Source: Acanthaster planci (taxonomy: Eukaryota). From it: a stretch of DNA of 64,000 bases. The stretch is taken from assembly GCF_001949145.1 (NCBI RefSeq), contig NW_019091355.1, positions 4,103,374 through 4,167,373 on the forward strand, read 5' to 3'. Shown here piece by piece: positions 41,301 through 55,365 of the stretch. The notes under the pieces were generated by a model, which made no database searches, was not told the origin of the DNA, and saw only the letters and a list, made by a program, of their open reading frames with translations. The position numbers and the translations under genes were made by a program. Every line of letters begins with the position of its first letter. The first letter of the stretch is position 1.

Positions 41301-42314
41301 TTTTAGCCTCGTTCTGGTTCCTTGCATCACTGCAACGCACTTAAGTTTGCAGGCATCAAATGCCCGGACTGTGAAGTGTTGGCAACATATCAGTTTGTAC
41401 ATCTGTCTGGCGTTGATTTGGAAGTCTCACCCTGAAGACTCTTCAACGCACATGTTCTGACCAAACCACTGTTATAAACAGCTTTTAGTTACCATGGTTA
41501 CTGGGCCATTTCTAAGCACTTCGACCATTGTTCGTTTGTCCTGTAGCCCCCCCCCCCATGTAAGAGTGACCTTAATATAAATCTAACTGAAATAGTACGT
41601 CACTCAATTAATATTTGGTTCCATAAGGGGTGTTGTTTGCATACATCAAATTTATCTTTGTACAAAAAATTTGTTTGTATTTATGTATTTTAAATATACA
41701 TATGTACATGTAGCTTAGATTGGACAAAATTTGTCCATTACAAATTCAACATGGTGGGCACCAGTCCCCAAGCAAACAAAAAAGGATAAAAAGGATGAAC
41801 AGCTTCCCTTTCTCTAATGCTGTTAACTGACCTGGAAATCATGTTTAATATTATAAGAAATGAAAACATTGTGAAAAGTTACTCTCTGTCAAGAGTCCAT
41901 ATGTGTGGACTGACCGAATGGATGGATGTTTTGAAGCACTGACAAATGATAGAATATGCAAAAACTGAAGAAATGAATGAAAATTCAGCTGTCGCTTCAA
42001 CAAAACAACCACGCTTGTAGGACCAAAGAAACAAAGCCACACTGTCAATATTAAAGGACAGCAAATATTTCATTAAAGTCAAATGAAAGACTTTTTTTCG
42101 GAAAGTTGAGGAATTTTAACATGGTCATGCATTCAGCAATTTAGTAATTCCAAAGACTTAGAAAACATGTAAATCAGATCTCACTGGCAAAACATTCAAA
42201 CGAAATAACTAATTGCAACAAGCGTGTTATGCAGTGAAGGTCAAACGTGATTCATAGTTCAAGTTCAAGGAGACAAGTCCGGTGGCTGGACCAACTGGCT
42301 TCCAGGCTGATTAG

Positions 42315-42553
42315 GGCCGTTTTCCAATACTCAACTTCATCTACGTCGCAGGCTTCGTTCCCAAAACCAGTACCCGATTGTGGGCCTGAAGCGTTTAAAT
42401 TACATTGGATTTCTGTAATTTTTGGCTTTCTTGCATCTTATTTGATGTTCTGTGGCATTATTAAACTGATTACTGTGCTTACAGCTTCAAAGTCAGCCAG
42501 TAAAAACAGTTGAAGCCTGAGATGGGGCCGAAGTTCAGTATTGGAAAACGGCC
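42315..42553. mobile_element. MITE family B, copy 1 (PIF/Harbinger-like)
   Basis: 23-bp TIRs GGCCGTTTTCCAATACT(C/G)AACTT with 1 mismatch; 3-bp TAG on both flanks (42312-42314, 42554-42556). Confidence 0.85.
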
Positions 42554-45500
42554 TAGTGCACAGATGAAAAAAGCCTGGACAAAAAAGGCAGGGTCTGAAT
42601 CCCTTTCCTGTGGCTTGGAATTACGACTCTATAAGAACTGGCTGAGGCCAGCACCATAATAGACTCATGCGTAGTTTCTAGCCACAGTAAAGTAATTCAA
42701 ACCTGGCAAAATCCACGCAGATGCTGGCTCAAAGTGATAAATATCAAGTGTCTGAAAAAAACAAACACTGCCTCAATCTGTAGGAATGTTTTTACAGGCT
42801 TCAGTTCCAAAGCATATTCAAAGAATGCATTCATAGCTGACTACTGAATATTGTTGCACTAACCTCAGTGTACTGATGTGGGGTTCCTACGGGAGATTGA
42901 TATTGTTATGCTGAATTTGATACATGTATATGGCCATTAGTTTTAGGTTTGGTTATAATATTTCTGTTTGGCTTTTAAGTTTATTTCCAAGTTGAAATTT
43001 CCAGACCTCCTGATGTACATGCTCATTATGACGTGTATACCAACATACACATGTACATGTATTTCAGTTTTTTGGAATGATCAAATACCTCCACCACATT
43101 TCAGATAAATAAACATGTATGACTGCATCTAAGCTTGGAATAGTCCAAACTTACAGTTATTTGTACTGGGAACAGTTCAATAACTCATTTATTTCTTCCC
43201 CACTCAAAGCAATCTGTTCCGTCAAATATAGCATTTGCATCTGGGATTGGAATACAGGCATGCAACTTGGACAAAAAAACGAGGAAACTCCAATCTTTAT
43301 GAGGCTTTGTACAGTGATTTTCCACTTTCAATGGCACGAGTGTGAAGTGAGAAATGAGGAAATCAGCTCATCCGAGGGGAAAAGTTACACGCCTGGAAAT
43401 ATCTGCCTGCTCCTTCAAAACCAACAGCCTGCCCTCTCCCAGGAAGATGTTTGACAGGGCCCTCCTTGGTGCCATCTGAGGCCGTGTTTCCACTGTGACC
43501 AGAAGTTCAGAAGACAAGGTGAAGACCTGTTCACCAGTGTTACAGATTTAGGCAAATGAGAAGGTTTGGACATTTTGAACCAGTAAATATTGCCTGTCCA
43601 AAATTTGTTTTGGTTTGCCCTCGGAGCAGGTAGCTAGATGAGGCACTGGTCATTTGTCACGTCCCACTGGGAACGGAGAAAAGGGAAGACCCACAACAAA
43701 TCACACGGTCCTGTTGTTCTCACAAGTGCGACAGGAGGTTGGCAATCAGTGCGCGCCCCGGCTTAGAGCATTATCGCCAATATCAGAGAATGAGCTCCCA
43801 TACGTACTTAGCCCCTGGCAACTTTAGCTTCCGCTGAGCCACTGCTTTTTAATGACAGACGTGTAAGACACACTGTGTGCGCTCATTTTAATTTCCTTTG
43901 CTGGGTCCCAGCACTTTTGGTACTTCCCTCTTTCTGTTGATAACAGTTCTGTCGAGACAGAGCGGCCAAAATCCAATAACCCAGGTAAAGGCAATGACCT
44001 TGCCGTTTTTTTTCTTCTTTGGAGTGACTGGAAGGAGGGGACGTGGGGTGGGGGGGGGGTTAGTGTCCCCTAACCAGTGTTCAAGAATCATTTCCAACTT
44101 TTTTGCTGGCCCCCTCTGATGTTGGTCCCTAAGGCCAAGTACATGTACTTTTGGAATTGCACCAGGTAGGCACATCAAGTCATCAATCATACAAATTCTC
44201 AGTTTCGCATCCTAAGTCATTTGGCAGACTGTATTACATGTGATTATGTACTTTTTTCTTTCCAGCTATGGAGCAGTTAGCTGGCACCCGATCTGGCAAG
44301 AGACTATTTTTACATGGCAGGGAAGTGGGGAGCCAACCAAGCGCGGCTACACATGTGCAATCCAGCAAACACAATCATCAAACAGTTTTTATCTTTGCTC
44401 AAAATTTCGAATCAACTGGAGCTCCTGCCCCGAAACTGCACAACTTGGGCGAAAAAAAGCTAAATTAAAAAGACAAAAATGGCTGACAGAGATAAAAAAA
44501 ATCCCCAGTTTCCACGGAAAACGCCCTCTGTTACTGGTTTGTCAGTCTGCTGTGAGGAGTAGCTTCCCCCAAAAGCTACGCCCCCTTCCTGGCCACTCCC
44601 ACGAGAGCTACACATAGTAAACAGGTGCATTAGATCTCACAGAAAGACTCATATCGGTACATTGAAATACTGGAATATGTGACTTGATTTAAAGTTCCGC
44701 CTACGGCATTAAAATCAACCGATAAAGGGCATGCATAAAACCTATTTCCTGCTCCAAGACAATGGCTGCAAAATTGGCTCTTTCAAGCTCTGAAAGGCTT
44801 CCGTGCAAAATCCTGTACAACATTGCACGTGCACAGCCCCCCCTCCCGGATGAACTTGAGTTTCGGCCCACGTAAACTTGACAAAGCTCAAGCTCCGATA
44901 TCACAGATGAGGTAAATGATGAATGACTCAAACTATTTTCCAACTGAGTTATCTTAATCAATCAAATCTTTACCTTTTGGCATTAGAACTCACAGAGCTC
45001 TTTAACAAGGTCAGATGGGTGAAAATAACAGAGGGCGCTATTCCAAAGAATCAGTGAAAGCCATCCGACAAAAATCAGGGAGCAGTTCTCTTCAATGCAG
45101 TCCACGATCCAGTGGCTCTTCTGTAGAGTCTGAATAGCCCCCTCTCGTGTTCAGTTCATGCCAATGTATGTTCTCAGTTTTGCAATAATGTAACTTGCAT
45201 TACAGGCCACATTTATGTGAAACAATCAGTATTTTGTAAAACAGAAAGAACACAAGAAAGCAAATCTAGCCACATACTAATATCAATTACCATAATTTGT
45301 TTTTTTCAAAATTTGTCCTTGAAGGCACTTCACTTCCTTTTCTTGCTGGAGAGCTGAACAGGTAGACAGTCCACTGAGGTAGATACACTCAGTCTGAGGT
45401 TTGCTAATGAGAGTTTTCTCGTGGCAGACCCAAAGAAGGCACACGATGCTCATTAAAAAACGATGTACATGTTTCCCTCTTCCGAGCGAAATAGCAATCC

Positions 45501-46536
45501 CGCAGAAAAACTCACATAGAAATAGACGTAAAGAGGTGTAGGTAAGAAAGATGCATCTTCTGAGTTGCTCAAGTGGAAAATTTCATCAGACAGCCACAAA
45601 CGCACTGCAGTCACACTGACCGGCCACCGCATTTGCATTTTGGACTCAATTATCCATCCCCAAATGCAATTACGGTAAGAGGCTGAAGAAAATAAGGGCA
45701 GTTGTGGCAAACAATTGGAAAAAGTATCACTGAACTGGTAAATATCCGGCATGTGTTAAATCGAGCTCCGACAATCAAGCTAGCAGGAAAACTGATAGAA
45801 ATTGCACTCACACACACCTTGCCCCCCTCATGACACCCATGCTTCATGATTTACATCAGTGTCACTACTTTTCTAAGTGCTATATCACAAGCATAGCATG
45901 ATATATACAGTGTATGGTACATGTATGTGTACACGTAATATGGTAACTCTTTCCTGTAAGCATCCATGCATGGAAAGAGCAGTTTAGTGACTTAATCTGC
46001 CAACATAAACATTTCTTTAAGCATGATGCAAGTGAATTATCTCTAAGCGAATAAACCAACAAACCGATTAGCATAATTCCCTGCTTAATATACTGCCAAG
46101 GAACTCTTATTTTCCTGGGTTGAGCTCTTGGTGTCAAAGTACATGTACATGTAAACATGTGGGTATGCCATGGTGCAGGTGCGGGGATACACTGGGCCGG
46201 ATGATAAACATCATGAAGTGCACTGACCTCACACCACAAGCACAGTGCAAAAAAACCCATCTTAGTTACATTTGTACATCAGTATACTGGCGGTACATTT
46301 ACCACTGCTTGGGTGCACACACTACATGTATAGTTGCAAGGTCATGGTCCTCGCCAAAGAAATTGAGGTGTTTGGTAATTTGGTACGCATATTCACGTAT
46401 GGCCACATGGTGAGAGTGAAACCCCCCCACCCACACCCACCCCACCCCACCCCCCCCAAAAAAAATCAAGAAGTGTAGAGAAATCATACAGTGTAAGGGT
46501 CAACAAAACCAAAAATGGTCGCGACACAGATAATAA

Positions 46537-46774
46537 GAGCTTTTTTCCAATACTTGTCTCCGTCTCGGGCTTCACCTGTTTTTTTTTTCCTACCTGACTA
46601 CGAAGTTGCCAGCTCAAGAGTAAGTCCCACAGTGCCATAGGAACATCAAAGAAGACGAAGAGGAAAATATTACAGTACTGCCATTTAATTTGAACATTTA
46701 AGGCCCACACTCGGAAATTGATTTCGGAGAAGACGCCTTGGACGGAGAGGAAGTTGAATATTGGAAAAACGGCC
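46537..46774. mobile_element. MITE family B, copy 2 (diverged, opposite orientation)
   Basis: Colinear over its whole length with the reverse complement of 42315-42553 (TTCCAATACT...GGCTTCA.CTGTTTTT...GAACATCAAA...AGGCCCACA...GAAGTTGA.TATTGGAAAA.CGGCC). Essentially the same length. Confidence 0.8.
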
Positions 46775-48307
46775 TCCATGTAACCAAGGGAAAATGAAAT
46801 GTCTAATAAAAATACAAGAAAGGGGCAGAGACTCCATTCCTTCTCTTGAATACTTGTATGTCTGTCACAGACTACTGTCCCCACTCAAAATCACACCCTA
46901 AGCAGGCCAGGCACTTTAGCGTCATAAATAAAATCATGACAACTAATTGAATATGACAGATGTACCATGAACAGTGACGTGTGGATGAGAAGGTGTACGT
47001 TGTCTCTTGCATGCAATTATTAGTTGGCAAGGTATGCTGAGCAGCTGTCGCGTTTGAATGCATTTCTGTTGTGTGTGTTCTGTGAACCACTAATTTGGGA
47101 AACTGCCCTAATCTGCAGCAAGAGACTTGTCTCTACCGGTGACAATTCCCCTCTGACATGGCAAACAAAGCTGAGTTATATTCTCTGCTAAGTGCCAGGC
47201 AAGATTTGGGAGCTAAGTACCGGTAGTGGCAAAAATTTAACTTTTTTCTTTTTTCAGTTCAAATGGAACTTAATCCAAAAAAAAAAAAAACGAACTCCAA
47301 CCCCTAAATTTTCTCATTTGAGAAATCTGGGGGAATAAAAATGTGTACGTATGCTGGGACAAGGATTCTTTGTGCCTCGGCATTCCTGTTTCCTTATTTC
47401 ATATTGTTCTCTTGTGTTAACCCCTCTCGATTACAGGTTGGCCTATATGAATAAAAACCCAGTACCAGCAAGTTGTCGCCAGCGCAGTACCAGTGCAGCA
47501 GTTCCGAGAACTCACGCTCGATATATAGATATTTTAGCACTCCTGATGATCATTTTGTGAATTGGTTTTCATCCTCCATGAATACTTTGACTAAGCATTT
47601 ACTCCCATTTAGCATAATTAGTAAATGCTGAGCAATAAACCTATTATGAGCCAGTTAGATATTTCACAAAGGCAATGTCATTTCAGAACAAATTAGGCGT
47701 GTGAGTCATCATAAGGCTGAGACTATCGAGAGCGCCAACAGTAGCACTGTTCCTCTGATGCCTTTCTTTTTCGAGCCAGCACAATTTGAATTTCCAACAG
47801 GCTCACTGTACTGTTTTTATTCTCTTGAAAACTTAACACTGAGGTAAGAACTGGCATCAAAGTTGGCACAGCACTTCAAGATGGTAAGCTCATTATACAC
47901 CCTGGAGTCACTTTGAACTCCACCCCTTTCCAACGGGAAATTTAAGACTTTGGAGGCAGGTCTTAACCTTTCCCTGTAACGCTATAGGCATCGGCACTCA
48001 TATACATGTATGCATTACCTTCAGGTCACACTCTCACTTTGAATTCCAGTTTGAAGAATTAAAGAGACTCCGACCTTGCCAAAAACAAGCGGAAGAATGA
48101 TCTGACATTTACAACCCACACATTTACAATTTTGACATACCTGTAGGTCAGGAGTGGTTAGGAATTCGGATCTGTTGTGGGCAGGTTTGTAATTTCTGTC
48201 CAGGATGGAATAAACCACTTCTCTACTCAGAAGAGACCAAAGTTTCATGTGGATACGTGTTCATTTTATGATAGTTTGAAACATATTTGACTGAAACCAC
48301 ACATCTG

Positions 48308-48554
48308 TGCCCAATTTCACGGCACTGTTAACCGCAGAATTCTGCTTACGATCTCCATTCTGTGCTAACCGTGCAAGCAGAAAATCTCTGCGCTAACCCT
48401 TTAAGCACAGAATCCTTAGTTACGGGATGTATGCATGCGCACAAGCCAAAATTCCTCGCTAACCCGTGAAATGCGTTTGACGTAAGCGCAGACTTTCCTG
48501 CTACGGTAAGCGCAGATTTTTCGCTTGTGGTAAGCAGTGCCATGAAATTGGGCC
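48308..48554. mobile_element. MITE with a CTG target-site duplication (Harbinger/PHIS-type)
   Basis: About 25-bp TIRs GCCCAATTTCA(C/T)GGCACTG...; CTG on both flanks (48305-48307, 48555-48557). Internal GCTAACC and GTAAGCGCAGA repeats. Confidence 0.8.
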
Positions 48555-51500
48555 CTGTAATTAGACTGGTGCTGATCCACTACAAAATGCGCCTTGCAAT
48601 GCACCTTTAAGAGAATGCCTTTGGCACAAGGCTCTGAAGAGCAAACTCATTTATCCCGCCCAGCCATCTCCAATAAACCTGATATGCCAGATGATTCTTC
48701 ATTATTCCTCTCAATTGCAGCAATGTGATTGGGCCATCTGCTTTCAGGTCTAAAATTACTAATTAAGAGCCCTGTTCACTGCACCATAGAGTGAGGAACT
48801 GCACCTTTGCCATTCACAGGTTAATGACAGCATGGATTGTCTTTCTTTCAGTTTAAGGATACTGCCCCATATGCATGAAGAATGTCGCTTTCATGAAACA
48901 CGAGAGGTTTCCCCTTTTCAGCAGTCCCTTGCATTTTCCCATGTGGTATCATACGAATTCACACACAGTTTCAGCCGATTCTAGCCACAAAATGAAATTA
49001 AGACTAGAGAGACACTAAAGTCCGAGGTCAGTTCTGAGAGGACTGTATCACATCTTCTTTTTTTTGTGATTCAGGATTTCCAGGGTCGGCACTTTAGCAT
49101 TCTGTGATTCTCTGCAAACCCAACTGACCTGATTTTGAACTCCTGACCCTATCCCTGAAAAACTCTATCACTACCAACCATTAAGCCGCATGCAACAGAA
49201 ACAATTTAAAAAACTAAAACATAAGGTAAAGGTGGGAGATATGTTACGAGGATAGCCTTAAGTACTCCACACCTTACAATGGAATGTAATTTTTACGACA
49301 ATCTTTGAAGCTTACAAGTAGAGCGCACTGAACTGATGTGAGGACCTACTGAAACATGCATCCATGTAAAACGGAATGCAGTTTACCATAGGAAAAACCA
49401 AAAAACACCAATTTACATCTCGATCGTCCATGTCAAAGCAATCCTGCCTCTACACTGTAGATCACCCTTTTTCCTCTCTATAAATTGTGCCGGAGCTTGT
49501 TCATCATGGGCGGGGACCCGTGACACTCTAGACTCACAAGCCTGACTGTGAACTGATCATCCGCAAATACAAATTCACCTGCCCCACTGGAGCTAATAGA
49601 GAACAAAATACCAAAATTAAGAAATGCACAGCAAGCAGCTTCCACAATAACATCCAGGGATGCCCGTTCAGGGAGATAACGACCTGGCCCACAATGGCTG
49701 ATAGAGTCATCTCAACGACACGGCCCCGGCATTTCAGTAGAAGCAGGCCTCTACAATACGTTTTCCTCCCCGCATCTAAATTTACCACAGAGCAAGACTG
49801 GGACCAATGGATGAAAAGGAGAAGTCTCTTGAGCAAATAAATCCGTTTGTTGGCCAAATTCTAAAGACATCCTGTCATGTGACCCAGACGGGGAAACTGG
49901 TTAACATCACCTTCTTTAATAAGGAAGGGGGGCAGGGGAATCAGCAGTGTCATTGCTCATTGATGAAAAGAGGCTTTTGAACGATAGCAGTTTGAGATGA
50001 AAGCCATTACAAAGGCTGTCCGGGTTTCTTTCTATGATAAAATTACTGTACAGGGAAAAGGTAAGAATCAATGTGATGACATAATCCAACTACAAGGGAA
50101 TGTTTAGGAGGTGAGACATACCCACGGAAAGAATATTCCCAGACTGACTTGTTAAGCTTCCCTTTGATGAATACACTTCTTCTGAATCCCCCCCATGTTA
50201 TCTAATATCCAGGTTATCAGCATTTCTCTGTAAAGTAAACCACTCTCTGAGCCATTATTTTCCGTATGATGGATCAAGATTTGTGGGTTCATCTAACTGC
50301 TTTGTCATCAGTTGTCTGGGGAGATCAGAAACGTCTCTGATCAGACTGCTTTCATGCAGAATTATGTCAGTTTTCCATCTCCTCCCCCTGAGCCGCAAGG
50401 GAGAACAGCTTATGGAGGCTGGTTGAATCAGGAATAAATAAAGAAGCAAAGTGCCTGTGTACATACAAGCAGTGATCTGTTTATCTCTTGAGCAAAACAC
50501 ATCCGGTTGATGTCATCTCTCAAGACATGTTATACGGCCATACATTCTCTGAGTGATCCAATTTCGTCTGGATTCATTCTGGACTACATCCTTTAATTTT
50601 CTCTTTAGATCTGGAAGTCTTTCTCTCCCAACATCCATTCTCTTTCCTTCCTCCAACATCTGCATCCGTCTAGGTGCATGGTTTAAATTATTTAGTTATT
50701 TTCTTCTCCCAGGAGAAGAGAGAGGGACAGAGAGACGGGCGGATGTTTCGGGAAGACATCTTCCCGGAACAGCCCCACTCCCCAAGCTAAACGGCCTCTC
50801 ACACTATCTCTTGCCTCCCTCCCTCGTCCTCCTGTGAGACAGACAGAGAGAGAAACGATACCCTGGAATAATTGCCCAATCTCGTGCGCTGTAATCTCTG
50901 CCAGACCCTTCAGACTCTCACGGCGCACGGTAATATATTAATACACAAATAAATATGCCGCTAGTAGCCAGAGAGGCGAGAGGTTTTTTTTTTTATTAAT
51001 AACGCATGCAATCGAGGGGAGATTTCAATTAATCTGTAAGGGCGATGCTTGGTCAACATATGTTGGACACACAATCCACTCAATAATTACATGTTCTGCT
51101 CGAGTGAATGGACGGTGATAAAGTGAACTTTATTGCTAAATGATAGCAGACCTGTCCAAACATGCACACAAAACAGGCTGCTAACAGTAATTTCATTATG
51201 CCCGTTACTTTTTTCAGTTTTGGAAGTACATGTAGAAAAATCAATTTTTCTAACCCTGAAAACATTGTAATGAAATTAACAAGAAAAATATACCCATTTG
51301 ACCCTCCAATGTTAAAACATGCAGCTACACATATTCAATAGCCCCACGATGAAGGCAACTTATGATGCACCTCAGACATGCAAATCTAGAATTCACTGAT
51401 ACTAAATGTAATGTAGGACTTTATCTTTTGGTTAAATACACATGAATTTCTTCAAAAATAAAATCACACCTGTTACAAAGAGCCAAATCTCATTTGCCAA

Positions 51501-52313
51501 AAGACACTTTGAATATTTATGGATCACTGCCATACATATTTTCATTGGTATGAAGCCCATGTGACTGTCCTTCCTAACGAACAAAAATGGAACAAAAAAC
51601 ACCAAAAATGGAACACATTTCAGATGGATACCTCCATACAATACTAATGCCTTTAAAACCCAGGCCCAAAAGGCCACCCAATTCAACAAATCACTGAATC
51701 AACTCAGATTAAAAGTTCAAACTCGTGTTCCTGCTCGCTGCTGTCATCTCAGTCAATCCAAACAAACATCGTGCTCCTAAAAACTCAGAACCAAATGACA
51801 CCCGAGCCACGAAACCTGAGTAAACCTCTGGGTTACAAAGTTACCACAGTCAATGTAACGGTAGCCAACTTGAACTGCTCCGTTTGTTAGACCCCGGGTC
51901 GGTTCCCACCATGACTTTGCATTGAGGCAATAGAAACTCACCAGTGGTGGAGGATGAACGGTCGGTGAGTACTTACATGTACACTAGTGTAGTCAACTTC
52001 TGAAATAGGGGTCAGCGATAGGACAACCGGAGCGCTTCAATTTCATTAGGGGTACACCAAGTATAAAGGATGTGTACAGTACAAGCATAGTGTGAAGGGG
52101 GGGGGTACCGGTGCATGGACACACTCCAGGAGTAGTTGGGGCACGCATGAAATTGATGTGCGCTTTGACAGAATTCACCCAGCAAGTTGACAATCGAGGG
52201 CGCTGTTTATAGAGCTTTGGCCATGGGGGGGTCATACAAATTGGTACCTGTGCATGTACATGTAATTATATCTGCATGTACATGTAACTGTATCATGTAT
52301 CAGCATGATGCAG

Positions 52314-52328
52314 CCAGGAGAGGGCGCT
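52314..52328 (+). promoter_or_regulatory. CTCF-like motif
   Basis: CCAGGAGAGGGCGCT fits the CTCF core pattern. Confidence 0.45.
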
Positions 52329-52439
52329 ATGCATAAGTTGATAATGGGAGCTACTCTATTTTCATGTTTTGTGCTGCTAAAGGTATGTGTATTCCTATTG
52401 GTTGAGATGCGTCATGTGACTACGTATTAACATTTGATA

Positions 52440-52560
52440 ATTCATTCATTCATTCATTCTTTATTTTCCACCTAATCATATACGGTAAATGTATGACAAG
52501 ACGGAAAACGATTGTGGATGGGATCCCACAAAAGCAGTGCTTGTCGAGTAGGGATCCCAC
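52440..52560 (-). mobile_element. 3' end of a LINE/SINE (L2/CR1-like): stem-loop, AATAAA and (GAAT)n tail
   Basis: Minus strand reads GGGATCCC-TACTCGAC-AAGC-ACT-GCTT-TTGT-GGGATCCC (a stem-loop), then AATAAA (52460-52465) directly followed by (GAAT)5 (52440-52459). Confidence 0.55.
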
Positions 52561-52837
52561 AATGCCCACTGAGAAGTGATAATGCCTGCTGCGTAAATCA
52601 CACACTGGCAGGGTCAGGAGTCTGTGTACGTGTGATGTGCCACACGCACGCCAAGTTCATTTTAAAAGATTCTATTGGACAACTTTCAAAAGAATATACA
52701 TGTACTACAAAATGGACGGGGTGTTTGGGAAAATGAAAGTAAAATTTTCGAACAAAATGGTTGGAAATCCATTATGTATGTTGACTTCTTTTGACTCTCT
52801 GAATTAAAAGGTATTTACCAGTATGCATGGGAATAAA

Positions 52838-52977
52838 TATGTGCTTGGCTGGTCTTAAACTAATGTTGAAGACCTAGCTCAGGAGAAAAAACATTGATCA
52901 TTGTGGCTCGGGCATTGAGTTCCATCGATTCTCCTGAGCCAGTCTTAAATGCACATTAAAGACCGGCCAAGCACATA
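52838..52977. mobile_element. Short MITE, possibly Tc1/mariner-like (TA ends)
   Basis: 19-bp inverted ends TATGTGCTTGGC(T/C)GGTCTT and an inner inverted pair GCTCAGGAGA/TCTCCTGAGC. The left-end sequence TATGTGCTTGGCTGGTC recurs near 63200-63216. Confidence 0.65.
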
Positions 52978-55365
52978 CTGGTATTTCTTCCATATGTAAA
53001 TCTCCTCTACATGTACTAGGACTTTCTAATAACAGGTCAGAAGTGGTTTCCGTCTTTTTACGCTGGTACACATATGCAGTTATGCTACACTTCATTTTAA
53101 GGCAGTTCATGTTGACAAAACACACGACACAATATGAATTTTTAACCTTTTAATTGAGTATTACTCTCCAATTCAAAAACTGCGGGTAACACTTTTCACC
53201 TCATTGTCTGGAGACAGCATGAGTGAAATGGCCTTTAAAGGTGTCTTCGAGATTCATTACTCGGCATTTGGCACCATCTGTTTGTGTGTATACCCTTTAG
53301 GTTAAAGAGTACACCGGTGCGCATTGTTAATGGACTGGGATCCAAAATGCACTCACACGTACGGCCAATTAAAATGCACTTCAATCATCGTCCGGCCTGT
53401 CACTCTGGGCGAGCGCAACATCCATATGGGAGGGGGGTGGGGGAGGGGAGAAATGGAGGCAATGCATGCTGGGAACAAGGACCAGATTCTGACGGGGCTG
53501 AGAAGAGTGCAATATGGGTATAGCTCACCGTTCACCTTCCGCAACTACATGTACATTTTTAATACTTCGGGGTGGTGCTGACACGCCATCACCTTCGGAA
53601 ATGCAGAAGCAAGGATGCGTGCGCCAACACTTGTTAAACTTAAAGGGATATCATCTGCCCTTCTTATAGGCATGCTGCTGACTGGGAAACTTAACATCAT
53701 AAAACTCATCATAAAAACGGCCTCAGCAGGAGGAAAGGTAGAAATTAACTTTGAACTCATAGCCTTCTTTTTTTTCAATTTTTACAATCTCCTGAAATTA
53801 GACAAAGGCGTGACCACGGCAGCATGACCCGAGGATCACTTGTGCAGTAGTCATTTCCTTAAATATCCAGTAAAAATGATCCTTTCAAAATGAATGTTAC
53901 GGATTAAAAAGGGTTGCAATGTCTCCATTTCGTCACCGGCATCCAAATTCTAATCATGGCGAGAATGATCGCACAGAAACTTTGTGAACAAACTCTTGAA
54001 AGGCGAACATGGGGACGTTTCAGTTGAAAGTGCCCCGAAGCGACAATCCTTTTCACTTTCTCCGGCTGCATATTTCCTTAGCTCTCTTTTGATCCAACAC
54101 AAACGCAAATTCGCACATCTCCATTGAGCCAAGCGCCGGCAAGGTTCAGCCCGTCCAATGGCCGCAGGGCTGCATTTGATGAAAAGGTGACATATTGCTG
54201 AAAAATTTGTTCATGGGAGAGTGGCGTTGAGTGCTCAGAGCCCCAACAAACTGAATGGCTTTTCAAAACACGACAATGGAGAATTAGTATTAAAGGGAGT
54301 ACATGTATCTGCTTTCTCAGATGCACTGAGAATTTTCAACCAATAGTATCGTGGTCACAAAATACCAAAGAAACGGCAAAACGGTGGACATCCACGTGGA
54401 ATGAAGACCATTGAGTATGGCAAGGTGAGAAAGGCTACGTTTGACAATGAAAGCACACTACGACGTAACGGTAGGTCACACGAGACGGGATTGGCGACAC
54501 GTTAGTCCACATGTAACCATCTATGTTCTGGCACAATGTGACAGCTTGACTCATGTTATGTCACAACAGTTCATCACAAACTCCTACGGGAGCAAGCAGC
54601 CTAGGCAGCGTTAAATTACTGCTCTAACTAATGCAACTGTACAAGTGCGGTAATTTCTCATCTCCAAGTGACGCGTGGCTGTGCATACGCTACATGTACA
54701 CTCCAGCTAGGCAGTGCCATCCATGAGTCACCATTCTACTCTCCTCTCAAAAAGGTTGTGTTTCCAACATTTTTACATGTACATGTACCAAGTACATGCA
54801 CACATCAACTTTTCCGGTACATGTACAGTAACTTGCATAAAGGAAGTGTTTTGCATGCTTAATTTGGACTATATCTTTTGGTGATTTTTGTTTATTTACA
54901 AAGAAGGTTAAACATACAAATAGCAGGTAACCTTATCCCGGTATACCTATGTGCCCCGATCCATGTTCCGCTAGTCAGACAGGATATCAGAAATTTCCTT
55001 TTCCCCCCTAAATTTCAATACTTTCCCCGATTGAACATCCAAAAGCTACATGTACACGAAGTGTGACTCAAACAAGTACGGAGTTGTACCGCTTACCATG
55101 TACTAGTACCTCCGGTACACATGTATCTGTCAGAACAAAATGAAATAATGTTCTCCTCCTGAGAAGGCAGATCACTGTTCCTACAGTCCAGAATTCGGGT
55201 TAAAACAGATATGTACAAAATACCACACACACCAAAAAAAAAAAAAGATCCGTGTTTACTGCACATGCTCTCAGTATGTATGCATAAACTTGAAACGCCG
55301 CTCAATTTACACAAGTAAAAAACAAGAGACCAAAAAATGCTTTGTGAGGGGGACTCCACGTATGG

